From: Kudoa neothunni
Taxonomy: Eukaryota > Animalia > Cnidaria
Reading direction: 5' to 3'
DNA: 41,878 nucleotides
Assembly: GCA_964304625.1 (NCBI GenBank)
Contig: OZ199839.1
Span: forward strand, 4,812,759 to 4,854,636
The position numbers and the translations under genes were made by a program. A model generated the notes under the pieces. It did not search any database. It worked only from the letters and a program-made list of their open reading frames with translations, and was not told the DNA's origin. Below, piece by piece: positions 11,070 to 23,068 of the stretch. Numbering within the stretch: position 1 is the first letter of the stretch; each line of letters starts with the position of its first letter.

Positions 11070-14000
11070 CAGTGGTGGGCACAACTTTTTGGTCTGCGAG
11101 CCATATTGGCTCATTACAAAAGCTTGGAGAGTCCATTGTTGATTAAGTATTTTCTGAGAACTTAAATACCTATTGGTGGCTTTTCTAACATTTTTGGTAC
11201 AATAAACAAGTTAGTTTATAAATTAATTTAAAAAAGAATTAAATAATTTTTTAAAATATAGAAATTTTGTGATCGTCATACTATTGCAGGTTACGATCGA
11301 AATAATAGGTTTTATATTTAATAAATTTTAATTATAACTAAAGTTATGTAAAGTTAATACTTTTCATAAAGTACACATGAAATATTTAAAAAAATAACTT
11401 TGATACAATTATTTTAAACATACAATTCAATATGACATCTACTTTAAAATGAGACTCAAATTATATATTTAAATATAATCAAACAAAACAAAATTAATTA
11501 GATCTATAATATTTTAGATTACATTAAATTTTTTGTGACAAATATAATAAACTTACAGAGATAATTTTCTTAAAATTTATTACGGAATATTACAACTCCA
11601 AATTTTGATTAAATAACATGAAATTAAAAAAATAGTAATTTTTGGTAAGTATCAATGTAACATTCATCTTTTAAGGTTTTGTATATATATTTTTCAGAAT
11701 AAGAATTCCACCAGAAAAAGTTATCATAACTTATTACTTCCTACTTTTTATTATTTCTTTTAATTTCCCTTAATTATATCAATTAATAAAACTTATATTT
11801 GTCATGAAGCTTCAACTCTGAAGTGATTGGTGTTGCATTTCAGACGCTAAATAGAACGAGAATATAAAGAAAAAAAATTACTAAATATTTTAATGGACTA
11901 ATAGCTTAAGGTTTAGTTTTAAGTTTCTTGAAGATATCCTCAGTACGACTCCTGGGTTTTTGTCTGACAGAAAGGACTTATTCTTGTTTTTATTAATTTT
12001 CCAACAGAAGAAACTTTGCTCACAAATATAGGTTGACCCTAACATAGAAAATATTTCTGAAGCGAAATTTCGAAGACATCAAAAACTCTTAGCAGGTAAC
12101 GAATTGTAAAATTATACTAATGGAACAACAAAAAACAATTCTTTTAATAAATTATCAAGTTGAACATCTATCAGTTCAAGCTGAAGCTCGTCGGGAGCCG
12201 TGTTGGCATCAATAGAGAATAATGATGTGAGTATCTGAAATTTTGGTTCAACCTGTCGAAAATCTTTTAATCTTATATTGAACTCATCTAATAAAGGTTT
12301 CATATGGCTTTTTATTTTAAAACCAATAGCCGGAGGCACTTTTTCTTTTTCAAGCGATGGAAAGTGAGTAAATTTCCCCTCATTTATTTGATTTATAAAA
12401 AGGGGTAATTCCGCTTCAAAAGATTTAATGTGGTTGAGCATTTCATAAATCATAAATTATTTACTTTACAACTTTAGGTTTGATTCATTGAGTTTTTCAA
12501 AGATGTCAACTGCAAACATAAGCTCAAACCTCCATTCATCACAGTCTATATTATGGATAAACTCACAATTCAAATCTTTAATTTCGTCTCTCAGATAACA
12601 AATTCTTTTCAAAACTTTTCCTAAACTTAACCTTCATATATTGTTATGGAAGATAACCTCTCCGTACTCAGAATCAAGATCATTTAACAACGATCTGAAC
12701 TGATGGTGATTCAGAGCTCTTGAACAAATGATGTTTGTTGCGTTCACAACTGGAATTATAATGTGGTTTAAACTTAATGCAGATTTCCACTTTCTTGATG
12801 TAAAAAAGTGAAATGACAGAAAAGCATGGTTGGGAATCTCCTTTTTAAACTTTTCATCCAATAGTTAAATCATTCCCAAATTTTTTCCCAATAAAGAGCC
12901 AGCGCCATCAGTTGTTACGCTTGTTAATTTACTCCAAGGTAATTCATTGTTTTCAATTGCTTTAACCACACATTCAAACAAATCCTGTCCAGTTGTTGTA
13001 CCTTCCATCGGTTCCATAGAAAGTAACTCTTCAGTGATATAAAAATTAGGGTCTATTCCACGTATAAAAATAAACAATTGTACAGTGTCTCTAATATCTG
13101 TGCTTTCATCTAAAGCTAATGAATAACACACAAAATCTTTTCTTATATCTTTTCATTGTTGGCTTAAATTTTCACTTATCATTTCTATACGACGCACAAC
13201 TGTACTTCTTGATAATGGAATATTTTCAAACTTATTTTTCAATTCCGGACATTCAACGCTAACACAATCCATTATACATTCTTTCACAAATTCGCCACCT
13301 AAAAATGGTTTGTTTCACCGAGAAATGTTGTGATATCATAAACCTTGCTCCAGATTCGTTTTCTTGGGTTAGAAACTTCGTTTTGAATGAACTGAGTTGC
13401 TTTTGGTAACTTTCAAGGTATTTTAAGTCTGTTCCTTGTTGTTATTGTTGATTTTTTCACTGAATTCCCCAGGTTCCGTTTCGTGATGCCGTTTCAAGTT
13501 ATATTCCTTTAACCCTCCCGGGACCAAGGGGGTCTATCGTGACCCCATTTTCGATAAATCATATTTTTATGAATGAAGGCCTCATAGGCTTCAGTATAAA
13601 ATTCACACAATCTTAGAAAATATATTAATATACTAAATAAGCACAAATTTTTGAAAAATATTAGAATCTGTCCCAGAAAAAAAACTTGTATAATTGAACA
13701 CGTGTTCTCCATACGTCAACATACTTCACGCTATAACTTCATATTAAAATTATTAATAGATAAAAATAAACAACGACAAATTATCGCAATTAATATATAT
13801 TGAACGTTCAATAAAGGTACAAATTGTATGTTTTCCTTTTTCCTATCGAAGGATTACGATGACGTCATAAGATTAAATTAAGATTTATCGGCTACATGTA
13901 TTTTAAACGGTAGGGATAAACAAAGTATATCATTTCATTTTAGATTATTAATTTAAGAATAAATTTATATTTAGGAATGCCTTATGATAACGATAATAAT

Positions 14001-15018
14001 TTGGGGCTAAATTGCAGTCTACGTGTATCAACTTCGGGGGAGCATCCTAACTTATTGGTAAATATTTGCGCCAGACTTTCAAGGGTCATTATCATTTGCA
14101 TTTAAAATATAGTTTAGAACTATTTGATAAATGTATTGATATTGGCGAAACGCTTAATTCACAGAATTTATTGATTCACGGAAAAAATCACGATGTTCAT
14201 TTTGTTGACGAAATATTAGTCAAAAAACTAATATACGGTGCAATGTCTACAAGGGACCTATTTTCTCGTCGCACAGATTTAAAAAAAACTTTTTTTAACG
14301 CTAACCATGTAGTTTAGAAACTGAGTGATGTTATCTTTGAAAAAAACTTGCTTTCTCTTTAGGAAACTCTGGAATTAATGTGATTTATTCTTAAATAAAT
14401 CTATTTTAAATTTTCATATTTTATTTATTTATTTTGGATGTATAGACATACTCAAACATTTACAACCATGATCCGTACTTAACCTTACTTTCAATTTTGT
14501 GATTAACTACTTTCCCCGAAAATCATGTCTGATGCCTTGTAAGGTCGCTTGTGTTCATTTCTTTTCTATATTTGATCGAACCACATTATTTTATCTCCAG
14601 AAACTTTCAACAATGTAGATACAATAAAACATATATTTGAAACCTAGAATAACAAGCTTTTTAACGTAGATGCTTATAATATTTAATCGAAGAATTAATT
14701 ACATTTTTCTCAGCTTTATTCCCTTTAAAGCGAACTTCTAATCGGTTAATATAGCTGTGTGGTGAGTAATAATTACAAGAATAACTTTTGGGGTCAATTG
14801 CACAATAAAATAAGAAAATAATTGTGGGTCAAAAATGACCCCCATGGGCACATACTGAATTTTTCGACTTAAGGTCCTTCGACGGTTAATACGGCGACTG
14901 ATTCGAAACAAAGAAAACACACCGCTTTATTCATTGAATAGGTGAAGAAATATTTTTGAGTCCAATCATCATTAAAATTACGATTTTCATCAACAACTGT
15001 ACGCTCTCGGGAGGGCAT
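11070..15018 (-). mobile_element. hAT transposon of the SPIN/GTF2IRD2 type, degraded transposase
   Basis: TIR-like CAGTGGTGGGCACAAC at 11070. Transposase from ATG 15018 (MPSRERTVVDENRNFNDDWTQKYFF, BED finger AVCFLCFESVAVLKEYNLKRHHET) through YSLALDESTDIRDTVQLFIFIRG, SVTTDGA, RALNHHQFRSLL and MLGSTYICEQ. The other TIR was not found. Confidence 0.85.
13513..14885. mobile_element. Non-autonomous piggyBac-like element inserted in the hAT BED finger
   Basis: Flanked by TTAA (13509-13512, 14886-14889). Imperfect TIRs CCCTCCCGGGACC / GGTCCTTCGACGG and GGGGTC-n-GACCCC subterminal palindromes. Removing it with one TTAA restores VAVLKEYNL. Confidence 0.85.
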
Positions 15019-16225
15019 GTTTGTTTAATTCTACAAACACGTGGATTCTACGAATTACAATTAATAAGGGAATTTTGAGCTAATTATTATTCGAAAAAAT
15101 TAAGTAAATGAATAAAAAAATTATTCCTACAACAAACTGATAAATTTTGATACACTTCTATTACAAATAATTATAGTTTAAAATTTTAGGATATCTAAAA
15201 AATTATACAAATTACATGGATTTTATCCCTTTTCAAATATAGTAATAAATGAGATTTTTGTAAACGCCGCGAATATAATGGAAAGTAGGGATATGGTTCT
15301 TATTGCGTCCAACCGAATCTATGTGTTAGTATTACATGCTCATATGTTTTTCTATTATTTAGTTACTTTTAGATTCTTTTTATTGTAAATTGAATCTCGT
15401 GTATCAGTTTTTTCCAAATTTGATAATACGTTATTTGGTTTTAAGCGCGTATTAGATCTTACCTCATTCACATATGATAATCATAGGTACAATGCAAGCA
15501 TGGGTAAAACATCAAATCGGTTAATAAAATTGCGTAAAATTAACGTTTATAAATTCATAATATATCAAAAAGTTGTTTATGGAAGAGAAATGCTGTCTTA
15601 GCGTTACTAGATTTTGAAAACACGTACATGCAAGTGCAATTTTCAGCCTTATAAACTGAACGTGTCTATTTGCACCAGGGTTGTCAGAAGATTAGCGAAA
15701 AAAGCACCATAATCAAGTATAACGTACCAACAGTTAATCATCGCAAAAAGGAGATTAAGGGGAAAAACGTAGTTATTTAAAATGTTTTTTAATTTATCTA
15801 AAATGAAATTGTGTCATTACAGTTATCTTCATAAAGGTTTCTCTCTATGAACGCTGTTACTAAATTTTCAGCTGGGTTCCATTTTGTACAATCTGTATTA
15901 AAAATAAAATTTTCGAAGAAATCAAGCTGTTTAATGTCTCGGTATTCAATAATGATCTATTTTTCGTTTTGATTATGTTCAATTGGGTAAATATTCTTTC
16001 GGAACAAGCAGGAGAATGAGGTAATGAGAGCAAGCTTATCATTAGTTTTGAAATTAATGGATATTTAGGAACATCGCCAATTCTTTTTTCTGATACATCG
16101 TACCAAAATTTTTCGGGCACTTATCGAAAAGAGATTTGAGTCTTCGTAAGTTAATTGTCTCCATTCAATATCCGCATTGGTGTAGTCTTCATCCGATATA
16201 AGATTGGGGAATCTTGCTGCAAGGG

Positions 16226-16789
16226 CAGGCGTCCACTGCTTGGGTTTTTTGTGGTCACCTTGGGTTCTTGGTTTTTTTCATTTTTCTTTAAAATCTTGGG
16301 TTTTTATTGAACACCTGTAAACATTGAATAATAACACAAATTTCATTAAGTGTGACATTAATATTTATATTTTTAATAACGTATCCTACTCAGATTATAT
16401 CGTGCAGGGTTTAAACATTACGATATTGAACGACAGCACAATAGATTGTTTAACGTGGCACGATTGTTCAATTAACATTGTCGCACATTATTAGAAAATT
16501 TAACATTATTTAAAAATATATCTTGAACTATGAATTAATGAATTCATTGTGAACATATTGATCTATACTAGACATTAAGTTTGAATGAGCGTTCTCGCCA
16601 ATAAATTGCAATAATACGACGATAAATTTAAATTTAATATCTGCAGACGTATTTGAAGACTCGGAAGATGATTAAGAACTTTAATAGATATGATTCTATT
16701 TTTTGTTGTATTTTAGACTAGCGTTTTTCTCGACCTTGGGTTTTTTTACTTAAATTTGGGTTTTTTCTAAAATACCGCTGGCAACCCTG
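16226..16789. mobile_element. MITE nested in the Blackjack-like transposase
   Basis: 7-bp direct repeat GCAAGGG at 16219-16225 and 16790-16796. The right end TGGCAACCCTG is identical to the host element's TIR. Several subterminal TTGGGTTTTT repeats. Removal restores SIISLALAARFPNL..DIEWRQL. Confidence 0.8.
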
Positions 16790-19030
16790 GCAAGGGCAAG
16801 GGATATAATAGACTCTGGCTTATCTTCATTTACGCTACTTGGATCCATTGCCTGAAACAATTCAAGTTCTTTAAATGAATTATTATATAGAAATCGATCA
16901 ATTATTTTATTTGTTAAGGAAATATTTAAATTAAATGTATTTATTTTATATTGGAGATATTCTTGTGAATTTATTATGGAAGAATTCATTGTATACATGC
17001 AAGTCTTATTGGATCCGCGACAAACACTATCTAATGGAAGATAATTTGAAGGGTTATTAATATTAACATTCCAAATATCCACATTTTTAATGATTTCTCT
17101 TTTCATAAATAAACTGAGAATGACTTTTACTGTAACACTAATTGAATTTTTTATCTTGTGTATTCGAAAGGCTTCTGATCGGAATTCAAGATTAAGTTTG
17201 TTCATTATTGGGAGTATAAAGCTTAAGAATTCAAAATACATACGATTTATTGGTTTATTGAGTTTATGATTTATTAATTTTGCCGATTCAAAGCCATTTC
17301 CTGATACTGCAGTAGCGAAAAACATTTTAAGTGAATTCCATTGATCGAGTATTCTAGCAACGACTTGTTCAAGTGACAACCATCTTGTGTCACAAAAGCG
17401 TAATATCTTTCTAGGACAAATATCCATCATCTTTTGAAATGCCTTGTATTCACTCAAATGTTTTGGGCTATTCGAAATATATGTGTAAATACTTCTAGCT
17501 AAATCTTCCAACTCATTTGGAAGTTGATGGCAAGCTTTAGAAACACATAAATTTACTGAGTGACAAACGCAACCTTGCACATAAAGCGAAGAAATTATTT
17601 GTTTCAGTAAACTCTGGAGACCACTTTTGTTACCCATTATAACATTTGCATTGTCACTGGCAAATCCGATAAGATTGTGAATGGAGATATTAGTTTTAAA
17701 AAAATTTGTCAATGATCCAAAAATTCCTTTACCAGTACAATTCGTTATTTCCAACATGACCAAATATTTGTCCATTGTCTTCTTAACATCGACATTATAA
17801 TATCGAGCTACTAAAACTAGGTGTTTAGTTGTGGACATATCTGTGGTTTCATCTATTATTAATTAAAATTTGGTTGTTTGTAATTAAGCTTTTTAAGTAA
17901 TATTTCCCAATAACATTACGAAAAACACATTTGCTTTTCGTTCGAGCACATTTAATATCATTGTAAATAGTAGAATCTTCACCAGCATTGGTAATTAAAC
18001 CAGGCGAATGATACAAGATTGACAACGGCAAATTGTTTTCCACAACAAAGGCACATAATTTCAATTCTGCTTTAGCTATTTTTCGAGAATATACAACGGA
18101 ACTGTTTAATTCTGTATAACTATCTATTTTCATATTGTTTGTGTATTGTCTCATATATCTTGAATGCTTTTCGGTTGTTGCATGTCTTCCGATTTGTGAA
18201 ATACTCCCCGAAACTTCGCATTTACACACTGTGCAGAGCACTTTCTCCTTGTTATCCATGCTCATATCAATCCACTGGATAAACCTTCGATCTTCCAACC
18301 ATTCTCTTCTTGCCTTGCGTTTATAACCTTTATATATTTTCTTGTTTGGTGTGCTACTTATATCACTTTAGTTTCCGCAGTCGCTATCGTTTTGATTAAA
18401 GACTATCAAGAATTACGAACCCAACAAATATTACATTATGTATAACGCAATAAAAGTTATAGAAATTAATTCGACTTGTTGAATGCAAAAACTACGTAGT
18501 AAATTACCAAAGCGTGCGCTATTAAAAATGAATTTGTATGTTAAAATAAGTGTTTGTGTATAAAATTTTATCCTAATCGCATTCCGGATATTGTTTTCCT
18601 CTTCAACTTCATTTTCATATAACTTAAATATTTTCCGGTGTCAGTGATTGCTTTAATTTTAAAAAATTTAATTTATTAACAATTCCTCTGGTTAGAAATC
18701 TATAAACTTAACGTTTTAAGAAATCCTTGTAGCGACAAGTAAATTTGATAACTCTTTCGAGCCAGATTTTTTTTTCGTTTTTAAAAACATTTTAAAACCC
18801 TAAAGTATGAAACTTGTAGGCAACGCATAACAATTAATTTTGTGAAGTAAACGAGCTAATTGCCCACGTATAAGGTTAAAGATACACTGGGATTACATGG
18901 AACTGATTTGACCATGAAATCAAAGAAAGTTTCATTTAAAACAATAAATAGATAACATTATCGTAGGCAGAAACTCATTTAACATACATGTGTAGAAAAC
19001 AATAAGCTTAATTTTATAAAATTTTGTTAA

Positions 19031-19265
19031 AGGATAACCTTCAGTTCCATGCGCCCATCTTTTTATTATTTTGTTTATAAATTTTGTTGTTATGCATGTT
19101 ATATTTTGTGTATATTCGTCAGAATTTCATCTACATTTTTAAAAAAGTATTATCTACCGATCGACATAATAAAATAAGCTAATGGTTTGGCAAAATTACA
19201 CAAATTATAACAGGTTTTACAACAAAATAATAATCAGGTGGGCGCGCGAATCCAATGGTTAGCCG
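19031..19265. mobile_element. Small TTAA-flanked foldback MITE (Kolobok-like)
   Basis: TTAA|AGGATAACC..GCGCCCATCT..TTATTATTTTGTT on the left is an imperfect inverted repeat of AACAAAATAATAA..AGGTGGGCGC..GGTTAGCCG|TTAA on the right (arms about 55 bp). Confidence 0.55.
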
Positions 19266-20166
19266 TTAAGGGCTAATTGTTTGTTTTGTTTTCTTTAGGA
19301 GACAAAATATTAAAGGGATAGATTGGATATTTAAAATAATATCAACTTCAGACCCAAGACATACTTTGCATATCTTTGTATAATGTTATATCTATACGCT
19401 GAAATAATAATAAAGAAACGCAAAAAGTATAAATTTTTAAATAAGCCATTAATGCTACGTTGCATTCATTACTAATACCTAATCGGAAACTGGATATCGT
19501 CAAGGGGATTAAAAATCATGTATTGAAGGTGAAAAAGTACCATTTTGGTACGAACATACCAATTCTGGCAACCCTGCTTCAGCCTTGTATATATAGTAGA
19601 TAGTAACTAAACTATGTACGATCCATTCATAAAAGCTTAATTTCTGAAACATCGATATTTTGCAAAATAAATTATATACAGAAATTTACAATTATAATCA
19701 ACAAAAATTAATATAAATTTCCTTTTATATACTTTAAAAGATTTTTTCAAATAAACAATTGGCTGTTAATCCAATACTTTTTTTTAAATCACGAAGTTGT
19801 ATAAAAATATCCATTTAATAATTTCGTTTTTAACGATAAATTTCTAAAACTCAAGTTAACAAAATTAAGTGATGTCATAATCAATCTCAAGTGATTATTT
19901 TATTATATGAATGTTTTTATTTATCTCGAAAAATTCAGTTAATTTAATTTTTTAAAACTAAATATTTTATTTAGATTTCTATCATTTATTCAAAATATCA
20001 TCATTATAGTTTATGATGTACAAATAATTTGTTGATACTAAATTCATTATTCTGGAACGATCTATGTTTAATAGATTATATGAATTCTTTAAACGTCGTA
20101 ATTTTCTTAATCAAAATTCCAAATGGAGCTTTTTGTAACTCATTTATTTTTTAAGGGAAATATTAA

Positions 20167-21558
20167 CCCTCCCTGTACAGCGTTCGAAAAAATTACGCGT
20201 GTGCCGATGGGGTCCATTTGGGATCCCCTTTTAAATCGGCCTTAAACGCCATCAATTATTACGAAACTAACAATATGTTATTTATAGACATTTATAAGTA
20301 CAAAAAATGAAACATAGCTCTCTCCGGTAGCTCAAAATGCAGATATGAGACCAAGATGAACTTATTGTGTCCGACCAATGTGATGAAATCAGCGCATACA
20401 TTTCAGCACTAATGGCTTCGAAGATGTCTAAAAGAAATAAATACCTAATTTATTCGACTAGGTGCTATAAAAAATTAATAGATGATGATCAAACACAGGC
20501 CCAGCTAAGCGCCGTCTGTAGAAATTATCGGACCGTTTCGGAAGTAGTAAATGTAGCGGCGCATGCAGTTTGCTCTGTGATTTCATAGAAAGCAGTGTTT
20601 GAAAAACTCGCATCGTTTTAATTCCTTCATAATTAAAATAAAAAAATTATAAAGGTACACTGCTTATTAATGTATTTGCATTTTTAAATGCTACATCCCC
20701 TTACGTTTTTACGAACTTTTTTTTATTTATTTGCATATTTAAGAGTTAATATGATTAGATTAAAGAATTTAATTTAAGGAAACCTAAGCCGTTTAAATAT
20801 TTTGGTATCCATACTTGCAAAACTGCTGGAACATACATTTAATGCTTCTATACGAATAATTCGTAGCACATACATATCGATATCAATAATCAATAAACAC
20901 ACGGTGCTTTAACTATTGTTAAATACTCAATACAAATATTAATAGATATTATTTCTGACTATTTTTAAAAATTATTGATAAGTCTTATTGTTTATTTTAT
21001 TAAATTTGCAATAGAATAATTATTCGCCAAATACTTTATACTCTATCAATTTATATTTCGCCGAATAAAAATTACGGAATCCCCAGATAATACACAAAGA
21101 TTCTAATAGTTATATTGCAAATAATGAATCATGGATTAATTTGTTGTTGGTAAACAGAGATTCTTTAGAGAAACAAGAGCCTACCAACCAAGAAGCGCGG
21201 TACGGATGAATTCTCGCTAATCTCCTATTAAGTCGAAGTATATATAAACCTTATGCATATATGGCTTAAAAATCAATTAAACAAAATTTATCTATATAAA
21301 TAAGTAAAATAGATTAATATGCATATAATGAACCATTTTTCTCGAAATTCTATAGGAATAAACATGCGGATTATGAAATAAATATAATCTCTAAGGCATA
21401 TTTTTGAAATTAGAAAAAAATTTTTAGTTTCTATACTTACTTTTTAACTTTATAGAGGCATTCCTAGAACAGTTAAAAAGTCAATAGTTCAGTTTCAGTG
21501 TAACGCGACAAATACTGAAATTGGGGTCCCTAATGGACCCCGCTTCGGACAGGGAGGG
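20167..21558. mobile_element. Non-autonomous piggyBac-like element
   Basis: TTAA|CCCTCCCTGT ... ACAGGGAGGG|TTAA perfect 10-bp TIRs. Subterminal GGGGTCC-n-G(G)ACCCC palindromes at both ends. No transposase inside. Confidence 0.85.
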
Positions 21559-22042
21559 TTAATAAATTTTTAATCGTATAAAAATAACTTTAAAATGACT
21601 TCGATTGATTGTTTGAAATTAAAATAATTTAATCTTAAAAAGACACATAATTTAGTAGAATAATCCAGTATAGTATTCGGAAGGTTAACAAAGTATAATC
21701 CTTTCAACATTCTATCCTAACTGATTACAGTATGATCTCTCGAGAGCAACTCAATATACCTAGGTTTACAGGTTTGAATCAATGTTAAAAGATTTATTAA
21801 AATTTTTATTTAATGAGGAAAACAGATTTATAATTTGGATAAAATAAGCTGATAACTTGAACTGAGTGAAGATAACCAGAAATACCTACAAACAAACCGA
21901 CACATGATCCAATACTTTTTTTATTTAAAAATGAGTAATGAAATATTTAAGCAGACTAAACTAGTTAATAAAGCCACCTTTCCGAGTATAAAACGGAGTT
22001 TGAGCCTACCGCATACTAATCTACATATTGTTGTCAAGGGTG

Positions 22043-22470
22043 ATGTCATTAGAAGAAACCTTGCAGAGATATAGAAGTGCTACTCATTATCGAGCTCAAA
22101 TGAGAGCAGTAAATTATTTCCTGTGATTCTTAATTAAAATATAAAATGGAATCAAGGTAGAACAACAAATAATAACAGTAGACAAACTAATTATAGAAAA
22201 CGAAGAAAAATTAACTGAATACATGAAAATATACAACAAAGAAAGGGATCGATTACGACAAGTATATTTAAGGTTGTTTTAGATATCAATTTTTCTATAG
22301 TGGAGACTTTTTCCTAATGTGGAACAACTTGATAATTATAGTACTATGTAAGGCAAATTTAACCATTTTGAAGAAGATTATGTTAATTTAGGTTGAAAGA
22401 ACGAAAAAAACACCATATAAATGAGCATAGAAGATTATTTATCATTCTACGCAACTTACGAGCTATCTGA
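22043..22470 (+). CDS. Small coiled-coil protein, 98 aa, 4 exons (paralogue A)
   Basis: Exons 22043-22108, 22157-22261, 22301-22347 and 22392-22470 with GT-AG introns give MSLEETLQRYRSATHYRAQMRAVEQQIITVDKLIIENEEKLTEYMKIYNKERDRLRQWRLFPNVEQLDNYSTMLKERKKHHINEHRRLFIILRNLRAI*. The paralogue at 25719 has identical exon lengths. Confidence 0.8.
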
Positions 22471-23068
22471 AATTATATTTGATTTTTTCTTGATAAAAAT
22501 GTTCATGTTTATTAATCGGATTTTTTTATTAATCATATTCTAAAAATGCAGCATAGATATTAAAATTTATTTAGAAATGATTATCATTATCTCACAGTAA
22601 TAAAATGTTTCATATTTTCAAAAAATAAAAATAATAATGTCTAAATGCTTTTTTATCACTTATTATGAATCAAATTATTTCCAATCAATTATATTAAGGA
22701 ATGATAATTCGAATTTCTAATCATCAATATATATTGTTGACTTAAAAGGAAACCATTAATTAAGCTTTAAAGTCTGTTTTAATGATTTTGGCAAGTTAAA
22801 CCTAACCAAAATTATATTCAACAATTTTCCTGCAGTAAGAATGAATTTTCTATAGATTTTTTGCCAAATATATATTTAAACTATATACCAAGCTAGTTCT
22901 GAATGTAATCAATCTTTTTTTTGCAGAAGATTCATATTAAAAACCTGCTTTACTCCTAATCTAATTATTACGCATTACTAATTAAGCGTGGCTCTTTTCC
23001 CATTCAAACGTTATGGTCAGCTTAATTTACTAATAATTTTGAAAAAAAGATATCAGTTATATTAAAAA

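Larger units (their letters stand above)
15676..19576 (-). mobile_element. hAT transposon (Blackjack/ZNF862-like transposase), near full-length but disrupted
   Basis: TIRs CAGGGTTGTCAGA (15676) / TCTGGCAACCCTG (19576). Transposase fragments 17849-18298 (BED finger CTVCKC..HATTEKH), 16750-17838 (LIGFASDNANV, GCVCHSVNLC, DTRWLSL) and 15860-16120 (dimerisation domain LPHSPACSERIFTQLN). No clear TSD. Confidence 0.85.
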
